This document shows positions 50,633-60,800 of a DNA stretch of 64,000 nt, piece after piece. The notes beneath the pieces were generated by a model that saw nothing but the letters and a program-made list of their open reading frames with translations, ran no database searches and was not told the DNA's origin. Location: positions 1 through 64,000 of the forward strand of contig JBHLMP010000001.1 in assembly GCA_048938025.1 (NCBI GenBank), written 5' to 3'. Every line of letters begins with the position of its first letter. The first letter of the stretch is position 1. The position numbers and the translations under genes were made by a program. Source of the stretch: Promethearchaeota archaeon. GTDB taxonomy: Archaea; Asgardarchaeota; Lokiarchaeia; Sigyniarchaeales; SOKP01.

Positions 50633-51562
50633 CTATAAAAATAAGATAATATAATTACCTACGATTATTAAAAAAACTGCTATTATAAATCTTTTACGCA
50701 ATTTCTCCTTTAAAATAAGAATTGAGAAAATTTGTTGAACCATCGGCGTATTTACAGTAAATGTGGAAGTTAAAATTAACCCATTGATTTCTGCTGCTTT
50801 ATAAAATAAGGTATCAGCAAAACCAAGAGATAGAACGCCCCCCAATCCAATATATATGAAATATTTCAAATTTTCTCTATTTTCTTTTTTAAAACCGTCA
50901 TAATATTCCTTTTGAAATATTCCTAATAATCCAATAGTTATCGTCGCAAAACTAACTCTAAAGAAGTTTGTTACAAATACATCTCCAGTTATGATCCTTG
51001 CCTGGTTATATGAAATTATCGCTAGAGCCCAAAAAAAAGCAGTTCCTATTGCTAATATTACCCCTAATATTAAATTCTCTGGAGGTTTATCCTCGTTGAT
51101 AGAATTAATATTTTCAGGTTTATCCTTAGAACTTAAGATAAATACACTCGAAAGAATTAAAAGGCCTCCTATTAGGATTGAAAAAGTAATCATTTCACCA
51201 AAAAAAATAAAAGAAAAGGGATATACAAAAAGAAGCGAAAGTTGGACAAGTGGATATGCTCTTGAAGCATCGATCCTTTTCAGAGACATATAATAACATA
51301 AATCTCCGATAGTAACACTTAGACCAGAGATAAAACAAGCTATTAGATAACCAATTAGTTCTTGTTCATTAAGATTTCTTAAAAATATATAATTACCAAA
51401 AGCTAAAGAGAAAAGAAATGTTCCTAAACTAGTGCAGCAAAGGCGAAAAAATAAATTTCCTTTAGCAGGGGTTTTTTCGAGACCCCATTTATATACTAAG
51501 GAGGCTAAAGCCCATGTAAATATTGCATCAATAGTTAGGATAAAACCTATTAGCTCAGCCAT
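50633..51562 (-). CDS. DMT/EamA family transporter
   Basis: Two EamA-like halves, about 10 TM helices, ASRAYP, ILKE. Confidence 0.88.
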   Translation of the reverse strand: MAELIGFILTIDAIFTWALASLVYKWGLEKTPAKGNLFFRLCCTSLGTFLFSLAFGNYIFLRNLNEQELIGYLIACFISGLSVTIGDLCYYMSLKRIDASRAYPLVQLSLLFVYPFSFIFFGEMITFSILIGGLLILSSVFILSSKDKPENINSINEDKPPENLILGVILAIGTAFFWALAIISYNQARIITGDVFVTNFFRVSFATITIGLLGIFQKEYYDGFKKENRENLKYFIYIGLGGVLSLGFADTLFYKAAEINGLILTSTFTVNTPMVQQIFSILILKEKLRKRFIIAVFLIIVGNYIILFL

Positions 51563-51668
51563 TAAATTAGAATTATTTCTTATTATTTTAAAACTATTTT
51601 AAAAAGAATATGATGGATAAAAAAAATTTAATATTAAAAAAATAATAAATAGTTTTGAATCTTAAATA

Positions 51669-51989
51669 CTACTCTGGAAATGCTGGATGTGGAATATATA
51701 ATTCAATTTTCTGCCATTCTATAATTGAATCTAGTTTTTTCGTTAATTTTTGAAGAACAGGATCTAAAAATCCTTTTGTCATTATCTTTTCCATTTTTGC
51801 TAAACTTTCCCATTCTCTTTCAATTATGACTGTATTAGTGTCTAAAGATCCTGAAATGCAGCGGTAACGCTTTTTTGGAGGATAACCAAGTTGTTCCTCA
51901 ATTTCATTAAATTTTTTATCGATATCTTCTAAATCATCCCATTTTCCATTAGCAACTCTTTGAATCTCTCTATTAATAACAATTACCAT
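51669..51989 (-). CDS. Hypothetical protein, NIPSNAP-like alpha/beta barrel
   Basis: GKW..L, VIIEREWESLAKME pattern; AGGTGA upstream. Confidence 0.65.
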   Translation of the reverse strand: MVIVINREIQRVANGKWDDLEDIDKKFNEIEEQLGYPPKKRYRCISGSLDTNTVIIEREWESLAKMEKIMTKGFLDPVLQKLTKKLDSIIEWQKIELYIPHPAFPE

Positions 51990-52155
51990 TTAATTATCAC
52001 CTATTATAAAATTCTAATTAATTTACAAAAAAACAATTATAATTGTAATTATAATTTTATTTAGTTTTCCTAAAATGTAAATTCTTTTTATGAATAATAA
52101 GACAAATTTGAATTTAAAACAAAGCTTACTTAATATCGAATTTTTTGTTCTATTT

Positions 52156-53325
52156 TCATTTCAGCTTTAAAAGAAAATCTTTATTAGGAATTTGATTGAA
52201 AATAAACAATTTTGCAACTTCTTCTCTAAAATCTCCATTTTTTTCTGTTAACTCAAACAATTTAGATAAATTACGCCCATTATTTTCAAAAAAGAAATCT
52301 GTCAAAGAGTTTTTTAACTTGAAATTCATAATAATCTTTTTTATATTTGGATGTAATTTATATCTTTTTAACGTCTGTTTTGAAATAGTTTCTTCATTTA
52401 AGGCTTTAATTGCTGTTTCAGCTGCAATTTGACCAGATACTATACTAGGATGTATTCCTTCACCGCTTATAGGAGAAACAAAACCTGCAGCGTCTCCGAT
52501 AATCATAATATTTTCATTGCATAAACTATTAACTTTTACTCCTGAGGATGGAACCGGATAAGCTGCATTCCATAACTCTTTATAATTTGAATTTGGAAAG
52601 AATTCTTTAATATAGGGTTCATTAATAAATTCGTTAAAAATTGCATTTATATTACATTTTTGAAAATTTTGCTTTGATATTCCAGTACCAATATTAAACT
52701 TTGTTTCACTTAAAGGGAAGATCCAGCCGTATCCTTTATAAGGTCTAAAAAAAATCGATATTGTTTCTTTATCTAATAAGTTCTTTCCTTCCATTATGGC
52801 AGATTTCACTAAAAAAAGTTCACTTATTTTCCATTTTTCACGTAACCCAGATTTATTAGCTAATTTAGAACTCATCCCATCAGCAATTATAATAATTTTG
52901 CTTAAGTATTCTTTAACACCAGTAGATGTTTTAGTTTTTATACCAATTTTATGATTATCTTTTGTTAGAAAATCAAATGAAATATTCTTATCAAATAATT
53001 CAGCTCCCGCGTCTAAAGCAACTTTTCTTATGAAATTATCAAATTCAAGACGATCCACATTGATAGCATAGTCTCTTATTCCTTTCCAATTGTATTTAAA
53101 ATTATGATAATCAGCAGAATACATAGAAATTTCATATACGCGCTGATAGTTTATTTTATGCAGTTGAGGGTAATACTTAAAAATTCTTGAACTTACAGTA
53201 CCTCCACATGGTTTCCTCCAGTTTGTATCTCTTTCTATTAATGCAACTTTATATCCACTTTTTGCGATAATTTCTGCACATTTTGAACCACTAGGTCCCG
53301 CACCTGATACAACAACGTCAAACAT
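52156..53325 (-). CDS. Geranylgeranyl reductase family FAD oxidoreductase
   Basis: GAGPSG, KPCGG, ADG, GYGWIFP, GDAAGFVSPISGEGI. Confidence 0.92.
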   Translation of the reverse strand: MFDVVVSGAGPSGSKCAEIIAKSGYKVALIERDTNWRKPCGGTVSSRIFKYYPQLHKINYQRVYEISMYSADYHNFKYNWKGIRDYAINVDRLEFDNFIRKVALDAGAELFDKNISFDFLTKDNHKIGIKTKTSTGVKEYLSKIIIIADGMSSKLANKSGLREKWKISELFLVKSAIMEGKNLLDKETISIFFRPYKGYGWIFPLSETKFNIGTGISKQNFQKCNINAIFNEFINEPYIKEFFPNSNYKELWNAAYPVPSSGVKVNSLCNENIMIIGDAAGFVSPISGEGIHPSIVSGQIAAETAIKALNEETISKQTLKRYKLHPNIKKIIMNFKLKNSLTDFFFENNGRNLSKLFELTEKNGDFREEVAKLFIFNQIPNKDFLLKLK

Positions 53326-53402
53326 ATTAATTCAATATCATAGCTTTCAAATAATCATTATAATGGATTAAGTTTTAAAAATAAAATCATAGACATGTTA
53401 AT

Positions 53403-56400
53403 TCATTTAAGATTTATAATCTTTATTAAATGCATAGGCTTTATTACAACAGGACCTAGTAAACCAGAAGGAGCTAAATCTTTTTTCCTATGATTTCTCC
53501 AATCTTCTCCTCCTTTCTTTGCATATCCTACTAAACGATTTCGCAAAGTTGGTATTATTTCAATTTCAACAATATTTTCTCCAATTTTAACATAATTTGA
53601 AATATCACTTTCATAAGGGGGTACTAATATTGGTTTTAATTCATTCCCGTTTACTTTAACTATTACTACATCATATACTCTTCCTAATGATAATATTAAT
53701 TTTATATCTTCATGAATGTGAATTTTTTTTATATTGAATTTTGAAGAGTATAGCCCTCTACTGGAACAATATTGTAATTTAGGAATTTGACGCCAATCTC
53801 TCAATTCTGTTAAATCCATCTCAACAGATTCTATATTTCCTAAATAATCTCTTAATTTTGTTTTTAGATGCCAATTTTTAATAGAAATAGAAGATAATAA
53901 TTTATCAGAGGCTTCAATTATCTTTTTAGTATTATCACTTAGAACAGTCATAATAGGACTTGGAGTATCCATATATCCAATAATCTTTTTATCTTTTCTT
54001 TCCGTTTTTATTGGACTTTTTTTTACATGAACTTTCTCACGGGATTTTTTGAATCCTATTAATTTTGACCCATATGCTTCAAAATATAAATCCATCTTAA
54101 TACTATTTTCTAATTTTTCATATTGTGGCGCTTGTTTTACTTCACCTGTCCAAGGATCCAAAATAAAAGGTATTTTATTGTAAATAGGAAACTTTACTAT
54201 TACTTTTTTAGGTTGATTAGTGGAATGACGTAAAAAAAAATAATCACACTTCTTTGTCTTTTTATGAATGTAATGTATTGTAGATTGTTCCTCTTCAAAT
54301 ACCAATCCAGGATTAATATTTAATTTCGTTCTTAAGAATAGCGGTACTTCATTAATATCCTTTAAATAATAAACATAACCCGATTTAATTAAACTTTTAA
54401 TAATTGTTTCTATTTTTTTGTCATTCTCTTTATAGTTTAAAAACCCATTTTGTTTTAGTGGCAACTTTTTGAGAAATAGTATCCTTATTCCATCATTAGC
54501 AAGTTTTTGTAATTTTTCTGCTAAACTAAGCGAGATCTTTTCAATATTTAGTAGAATTAAAACATCAAATTTTGAATGACCAATAATTAACTTATCATTT
54601 TTTGCAATACTCTCTAGAATACCTTCCTCGTTTACATGAGTGTAAAAATATCCTCTGCTTGTTAAGATATCAGTTAGGCTTAGCATAAATAAAGTCCATT
54701 TATCATTTAAATCAAATTTTTCCCACTCTTTAAGATTACCTCCAACCTGATCTTTATTAATCGGAATATCATTTTCATCCAAATACCCACCAACTAATTC
54801 TTCCTGCTTTAAGACTGAATCATTATAATTGAATAGAGGGTAAAAAAGGATTATATTACTTATTGTTCTCCCACTTTGTAATACTAATTGGCATCTTGTA
54901 ATATAATTATTTATAATAGGAAAAAACTCCCAAAATGGATTATTTTTGTTAAAATTTGATGAATAATTAAAAATTCTTGGTAAATATGCTGTTGAAAACC
55001 CACAATAACCTGGATATGGAAATGATGGATTATCATAGGGAAATCCATGGTAAATCAACTGATTGATCCCAGATATGAATAATCTATCAGCAGCAACTTT
55101 CATTTTAAGAGGCGTTGTCAAATAATCCCTTTGATTCCATACTGAATATTCTGCTGTAATTAAAGGTTTTTCATAGATTAAACCTGCTGATCCTGCAAAT
55201 TTTAGGAAATCAATTATACCTCCTGCATATAGTTGTTCAGTCTCAGGTATATCTGAAAAACTATATGCTTTTAGTGTATCTGCTCTTATGCCGTAAGCTT
55301 GAATCCTATTTTTAAGTTTATTTTTAATAGTCCATTCAGTAATAGTTTGTACATATTCTTCTATAAATGAATCTGAAATTGTTAACTCTAAATCATATCT
55401 AATTCTTTCTCCACTCCCATCCTCAAAATCAAAAGCAGGAGTTTCACCTCCTAACCTAGCTTTACGATATTTATTATCTCTATTCGGTACAAAACAAACC
55501 GGTAGAAATTTTCTAAGATCATAACCACGTTTTTTTTTGAACTGCTTGAAAAAATCATCTGTCCATAGCCAATCAGAACTTAATTCCAAACTATCAGTAA
55601 ATATTCCCCTAAAGGTTTTACCAAAATGATTCTTAAAATATCTTTTTCCTTTTCCTATATGTAAATCTAAATGGTTTTTTAAAGATTTAGATGAAAGATG
55701 GTCCAAAACTAAGCTGTACTTCTCAGTTGAAGAACGACAATCTAATATTGGGCGCGCTCCAGAAGGAATACTATAAAATACAAAAATCTGCCATAAGCCT
55801 ATTGGGACATCCCATTCTAAACTCCCTTTTGTAGTAACATTATCAGTTAAATCCAAAATTGAATCTTTATCTATAAAAGTCGTTTGGACATTATTATAAT
55901 CAATTCTTCCACGTTCAGTATTAGGTTTAGCAGCTATAACAGCTTCCAATTTCAAATTTTTTTCAAAATTAACCTTTTTATAATGAGCTAAGTTTGGAGG
56001 ATCAGTGAATTTTGGTAAATCACCCGAATAATAAAATGGACCTTCAATAGTTAATTCTCCTATCAATAATGTTTTCATTGAATCCTCTTTAGAAATGTGT
56101 GTACCACCAGTAGGCCAGGAAGATCCAATCGTTAAGTCAATAATCATACCTCTCTTTGAAGCCTCTTCCAAAACTACTTCAATACAGGAATAATAATATG
56201 GTTGCATAAACCTATGAGACCTTAAAGCTCGCTCCTTATCAATGATCTCTAAATTAACTGGAGAACCTATCATAAAAGCTTGTATCTCTGCTCCTAAGAA
56301 TCCTGCGTCATCTAATTCTTGAACTTCTTTTATTAATTCTTCTTTTTCTACATCTAAACCTGTCCACCACCAACGAACCATAGGTCGTGCAGATTTTGGA

Positions 56401-56447
56401 GGATTTTTAAAATCATCCCATCTTATATCTTTTAAATTTAAAGACAT
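53403..56447 (-). CDS. GH106-like glycoside hydrolase (alpha-L-rhamnosidase family)
   Basis: FKNPPKSARPMVRWWW, GSSWPTGG, FTDSLE, RGYDL, IPETE, GINQLIYHG, PSGLLGPV. Confidence 0.85.
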   Translation of the reverse strand: MSLNLKDIRWDDFKNPPKSARPMVRWWWTGLDVEKEELIKEVQELDDAGFLGAEIQAFMIGSPVNLEIIDKERALRSHRFMQPYYYSCIEVVLEEASKRGMIIDLTIGSSWPTGGTHISKEDSMKTLLIGELTIEGPFYYSGDLPKFTDPPNLAHYKKVNFEKNLKLEAVIAAKPNTERGRIDYNNVQTTFIDKDSILDLTDNVTTKGSLEWDVPIGLWQIFVFYSIPSGARPILDCRSSTEKYSLVLDHLSSKSLKNHLDLHIGKGKRYFKNHFGKTFRGIFTDSLELSSDWLWTDDFFKQFKKKRGYDLRKFLPVCFVPNRDNKYRKARLGGETPAFDFEDGSGERIRYDLELTISDSFIEEYVQTITEWTIKNKLKNRIQAYGIRADTLKAYSFSDIPETEQLYAGGIIDFLKFAGSAGLIYEKPLITAEYSVWNQRDYLTTPLKMKVAADRLFISGINQLIYHGFPYDNPSFPYPGYCGFSTAYLPRIFNYSSNFNKNNPFWEFFPIINNYITRCQLVLQSGRTISNIILFYPLFNYNDSVLKQEELVGGYLDENDIPINKDQVGGNLKEWEKFDLNDKWTLFMLSLTDILTSRGYFYTHVNEEGILESIAKNDKLIIGHSKFDVLILLNIEKISLSLAEKLQKLANDGIRILFLKKLPLKQNGFLNYKENDKKIETIIKSLIKSGYVYYLKDINEVPLFLRTKLNINPGLVFEEEQSTIHYIHKKTKKCDYFFLRHSTNQPKKVIVKFPIYNKIPFILDPWTGEVKQAPQYEKLENSIKMDLYFEAYGSKLIGFKKSREKVHVKKSPIKTERKDKKIIGYMDTPSPIMTVLSDNTKKIIEASDKLLSSISIKNWHLKTKLRDYLGNIESVEMDLTELRDWRQIPKLQYCSSRGLYSSKFNIKKIHIHEDIKLILSLGRVYDVVIVKVNGNELKPILVPPYESDISNYVKIGENIVEIEIIPTLRNRLVGYAKKGGEDWRNHRKKDLAPSGLLGPVVIKPMHLIKIINLK

Positions 56448-56584
56448 AGAGATATTTTAATAGTTTTTTTAAATATAAATATTCTTCTCACTTATTCTAT
56501 ATATTTTTATTAGTATAATATTCTCAAATACTTTTATAGAAAATTAGAAGAAAATTATTATATTATAAGTTCTTTAATGAAATT

Positions 56585-57292
56585 ATGAGAAAAGAAGATC
56601 TATTAAACTCTTATAATTCTGAATTTCTAAGGAAAGCTGGAATTGAATTTAAAAAGTCAGAGAAAATTAATGAAAAAAATACCCAATTACTTAAAACAGG
56701 TACCACTACTGTAGGGTTGGTATGTAAGAATGCTGTAATTTTAGGAGCAGATAAAAGAGCCTCGATGGCATATTTTGTTGCTAGTAAAACTGCTGAAAAG
56801 TTACATAAAATTCAAGATCATCTTTATATGACAATTGCAGGTGCTGTGGCTGATGCTCAATATCTTATTGATGTTTTACGTGCAGAAACGACTATATTTC
56901 AATTAGCACATGACGGTAAATCTATTTTAATTAAATCTGCTGGAAAATTATTATCAAACATCTTATATCAAAATAAAATGTTTCCCTTTGAAGTGGGACT
57001 TATTTTAGGAGGTCTTACAGAAGAAGAAGGTCCTACTCTCCTGGAGATTGGTGCTTATGGCTCAATTTTACCAGAGAAATATTGCGCTATTGGAAGTGGA
57101 CAAAATTTCTCATATGGTGTCTTAGAAGCAAAATATAAAGATAACTTATCCATTAAAGAAGGGAAAGAAATTATTAAATCAGCAATATCCGCATCTATTA
57201 TAAGAGATATGGCTTCAGGCGATGGCATAGACATAGTTGTAATTAAAGCTTCTGGGGTATCCAAACGAGAGTTTATCTCAATTCATAAATGA
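56585..57292 (+). CDS. psmB: Proteasome beta subunit
   Basis: Propeptide then KTG|TTTVG, ADKRAS, TIAGAVADAQ, GSG, RDMASG. Confidence 0.95.
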   Translation: MRKEDLLNSYNSEFLRKAGIEFKKSEKINEKNTQLLKTGTTTVGLVCKNAVILGADKRASMAYFVASKTAEKLHKIQDHLYMTIAGAVADAQYLIDVLRAETTIFQLAHDGKSILIKSAGKLLSNILYQNKMFPFEVGLILGGLTEEEGPTLLEIGAYGSILPEKYCAIGSGQNFSYGVLEAKYKDNLSIKEGKEIIKSAISASIIRDMASGDGIDIVVIKASGVSKREFISIHK

Positions 57293-57544
57293 GATATATA
57301 GATTAACAAGTTCTAAGAAATGATGAATCTTATTATCATACTTCATCAATAAAGGACAACTTATTATTTGAATTATAATAATATAGAAATTGCTGTTGTT
57401 AAACAAAAAGCCCAGCAAATAAACAATTTATTCCAATAAAGGGCTAACAATTATCACTATTTTTCTGTATTATTCTATTTTTATCTCTTCTCCTGCTATT
57501 TAAATATTATGTAAAAAGAAACTTTAAATAGAAGCTTTATAAAA

Positions 57545-57580
57545 ATCTTTATAAAAATAAATATCTTTATAAAAATAAAT
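57545..57580. repeat. 18-bp perfect tandem duplication in a promoter region
   Basis: ATCTTTATAAAAATAAAT x2, plus a partial third CTTTATAAAAAT at 57535. Confidence 0.75.
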
Positions 57581-57684
57581 TACATATTATAAAGTTAGAA
57601 GAAATAACTCGTTATAGAACTTAGATAGAACATTTATAAACATTAAGAATTGATCAAGAATTGAATCGTGGAGTGACGCCAAAA

Positions 57685-58413
57685 ATGAGCTACAAAATAA
57701 TAGTAGACTTATCTCATAAGGAACAGATTGAAGAATTTCCTGAGTTCTCTTTAGGAGAGGATGAATATGAGGTTGAGTATATAGACAAGAACGAGGGACC
57801 CATAGAGTTTGATATACTTGAAGATTTTGATGTTTTATTTATTGGAAATATCAAAGCTTCACAAGATGGTAAAGCTGATAAGTTTTCACAAGAAGAATTA
57901 CTTGCAATTAAAAAATTTGTAGGAGAAGGTGGCGGGTTATTTCTAACTAGTGGAGATGGGGGAGATAAAGATATTCCTATGAAAAAAGGCTCAATTAGAG
58001 TTTTATATAAGATTACAGGGGTACGAAGATTTTGGAATGGGATTATACAAGAAGTTCCTTCCAATTTTCTAGTTAATCGAAATAATCTATTAGTTACAGA
58101 ACTTTTTAGCCATCCTATAACTGAAGGAGTTACAGAGTTAGTTCTTCCAAATTGTACTTTCTTTACAATCTCCGAAGAAGACGTAGAAGATATTATTCTA
58201 ACCTCTGAAAAATCTGAGTTTAAATATTATTTTGATGATGACGTTAGCGCTCTTGGTCCAGTACCTATATGTGTGGTCTCTGAATTCTATAATGGTAGAT
58301 GTGTTAGCATAGGATCCTCAGATTGGATGATAGAAGATTCTGATTTTGGATTGGATGCAGGAGATAATTTGAAGTTCCTCTCTAATATCATTGAATGGTT
58401 ATCTTTGGATTAA
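57685..58413 (+). CDS. GIFT (GldG/IFT52) / class I GATase-like domain protein
   Basis: VDLSHKE, KFSQEELLAIKKFVGEGGGLFL, HPITEGV, GRCVSIGS, DNLKFLSNIIEWL. Confidence 0.7.
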   Translation: MSYKIIVDLSHKEQIEEFPEFSLGEDEYEVEYIDKNEGPIEFDILEDFDVLFIGNIKASQDGKADKFSQEELLAIKKFVGEGGGLFLTSGDGGDKDIPMKKGSIRVLYKITGVRRFWNGIIQEVPSNFLVNRNNLLVTELFSHPITEGVTELVLPNCTFFTISEEDVEDIILTSEKSEFKYYFDDDVSALGPVPICVVSEFYNGRCVSIGSSDWMIEDSDFGLDAGDNLKFLSNIIEWLSLD

Positions 58414-58443
58414 TTATAATTAATTTTATGAATTTTAATTAAT

Positions 58444-59556
58444 ATGGTTTTTAGACTCCTTCGCCCGGATTCAGTATCCGTTTGGGAAAATGAAGAAATT
58501 ATTAAAAGATATTCAAAATATAAAGGTATTATAGAGGGTACAAATTTAGCAAGATATTTAATTGCTAAGAGTCTTGAATGTGAATTTAATTATGATGATA
58601 GCATTGAAATTCTTGAAAAACTGTTAAAGGAAAAATCTAAGGAATTTAATGAACTAATAAAAAAAGATACAAAAGAAATAAAAAATCGAAAGATTGCTGC
58701 TATATCATATATTGATTTAGCCGAAAAGATTGCAAATAAATATCTCAAAAGCTGTATTTTCTGTGAACGTCAATGTAAAGCTAATAGACTTGATGGAGAA
58801 AAAGGATTTTGTTTAATAAATAAAGATTCATACGTTTCTTCAGCTTTTCTGCATATGGGTGAAGAAAGTGTATTGATACCAAGTGGTACAATTTTCTTTC
58901 AAGGATGCAATTTTGGATGTGTTTTTTGTCAAAATTATGATATTTCTCAAGCTTGGAAAGGTCAGAGAAATATTGAAGATATTGCCCAAAAAGTTTCTAT
59001 TAAAGAATTGGCTACTATTGCTGATAAGTTAGTAGATAAAGGCGCTATAAATATTAATTATGTAGGAGGCGATCCCATACCAAATATTCATACTATAATT
59101 GGAAGTCTTAAATATCAGCAATCTAATATCTGTCAATTATGGAATTCTAATTTCTATCTAACTAATGAGTCATTATCATTAATTATAGATTTTATAGATT
59201 TCTGGCTTCCAGATTTTAAGTATGGGAACAATGAATGTGCCAAGAAGTATTCTGGTATAGATAATTACTTCGATATCATTGCCAGAAATCATAAAAGAGT
59301 CCATGATAAGGGAAGTGGAGAAATATGTATAAGGCACCTTGTAATGCCCGGACATATTGAGTGTTGTAGTAAGCCAATTTTGGACTATGCCAAAAAAGAA
59401 TTACCGAAAGCAGTCTTCAATATTATGGGACAATATCGTCCCCAATATAAGGCATTTCAATATGAAGAAATAAATAGAAGACCCACATCCCAAGAAATAA
59501 GAGAAGTAAAAAATTATGCTGATGCATTAGGAATTCTTTATAAGCCTGTCTCATAA
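58444..59556 (+). CDS. Radical SAM protein, PflX-like
   Basis: CIFCERQCKANR, HMGEE, CNFGCVFCQNYDIS, PDFKYG, IRHLVMPGH. Confidence 0.9.
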   Translation: MVFRLLRPDSVSVWENEEIIKRYSKYKGIIEGTNLARYLIAKSLECEFNYDDSIEILEKLLKEKSKEFNELIKKDTKEIKNRKIAAISYIDLAEKIANKYLKSCIFCERQCKANRLDGEKGFCLINKDSYVSSAFLHMGEESVLIPSGTIFFQGCNFGCVFCQNYDISQAWKGQRNIEDIAQKVSIKELATIADKLVDKGAININYVGGDPIPNIHTIIGSLKYQQSNICQLWNSNFYLTNESLSLIIDFIDFWLPDFKYGNNECAKKYSGIDNYFDIIARNHKRVHDKGSGEICIRHLVMPGHIECCSKPILDYAKKELPKAVFNIMGQYRPQYKAFQYEEINRRPTSQEIREVKNYADALGILYKPVS

Positions 59557-59646
59557 AGCAGACTTAATTTTAAAAAAATCTTTAAGTAATCATTTATTTT
59601 AAAACTTAATTTCTATTGTCCAAGTAATTTTATTTAATTGATTTTA

Positions 59647-60774
59647 ATGTCTCTTGAACTAAACGATGTAAAAGGAATTGGGAAAAAAATCGATGTTCTA
59701 AAGGAAGCAGGAATCGATTCAGTTGAAAAATTAGCAGGGTCTAAATTAGAAGATTTAACTGATATAAAGGGAATTGGAAGAACTACAGCAGAAAAAATAA
59801 TTGACAATGCAAAAGAGTTATTAAAAAGCTCAAAAAGTGACTCAGCAGAAATTTTAAAAGAAGAAAAACTTGAATCGGTTGAATCTGAAGATGAAGAGAG
59901 AAAAGTTCAAGAGGAACTTAAAAAATTAGAAGAAAAGAAGGGAAAACTCCAAGGTAAGAAAGTTGAAAAAGGCGATTTTATTTTAGTTAAAATAACAGGT
60001 AAAACTCAAAGAGGTAAGGTTTTTAGAGTATCATCTGAAGAAGATGCAAAAACAGCAGGTATATATGATGAACAAAAAGCAAAACAAGGTTTTTATTCTC
60101 CAGACTTTATTATTGTCAGTAAACCAGGTTTTTTAAATGAGGGACTTACTGAAACAATAGAAAATATGAATTATTTTGAGAAAAAATCTGTAAGAGTACC
60201 TCCAACTAAAGCATTTGGGAAAAGAGATCCGAAAAAAATTGAAAGAATAGGAATTGCTAAATTTAGAAAATTAAATGAAGGTAAAAATCCTGAAATTGGA
60301 CAAGATTTTACTAAACAAACTCAAGGACAAGTGCAAAGGGGGACAGTAACGAATGTTGTACAAGGAAGAGTTATTATTGATTATAATCATCCATTAGCAG
60401 GTCAACCTTTAGATTATAACATAGAAATTATTGATAAGATTGAAGATTTTAATGAAAAAATAGAATATTTTATGATTAGTAAAGGAATTCCAAAAGAAGA
60501 TGTTGGAAATTTTGAATTGAGTTATAACATAAAAAATAAAATTCTTGAGATAATAATTCCAAAAATGTTTCTATTTCAGAATTTAACTTATTTCAAATTT
60601 GGTTTGGCTATGGATCTTCAAACTCATATGTCTGATGAAATTGGCGATGTGAAGTTTATCGAGATTTTTGAAAAAATTCCGATTCCACCAACTCCTTCAG
60701 AATCAGTTGAGCAAAAAATTGAAGATTACAATATAGAGAAAGAAAAAGAGAATAAAAAAGAATCAAAAAATTAA
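59647..60774 (+). CDS. Long-type FKBP peptidyl-prolyl isomerase with N-terminal HhH domain
   Basis: VKGIG / IKGIG HhH motifs; PPTKAFGKRDP, IDYNHPLAGQPL. Confidence 0.88.
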   Translation: MSLELNDVKGIGKKIDVLKEAGIDSVEKLAGSKLEDLTDIKGIGRTTAEKIIDNAKELLKSSKSDSAEILKEEKLESVESEDEERKVQEELKKLEEKKGKLQGKKVEKGDFILVKITGKTQRGKVFRVSSEEDAKTAGIYDEQKAKQGFYSPDFIIVSKPGFLNEGLTETIENMNYFEKKSVRVPPTKAFGKRDPKKIERIGIAKFRKLNEGKNPEIGQDFTKQTQGQVQRGTVTNVVQGRVIIDYNHPLAGQPLDYNIEIIDKIEDFNEKIEYFMISKGIPKEDVGNFELSYNIKNKILEIIIPKMFLFQNLTYFKFGLAMDLQTHMSDEIGDVKFIEIFEKIPIPPTPSESVEQKIEDYNIEKEKENKKESKN

Positions 60775-60800
60775 AAATCTATTTCATAGATCCTTCTAAT

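Noticed and set aside
57535-57580. Short repeats as a CRISPR array
   Set aside because: The AT-only units are adjacent, have no unique spacers, and there are no cas genes.
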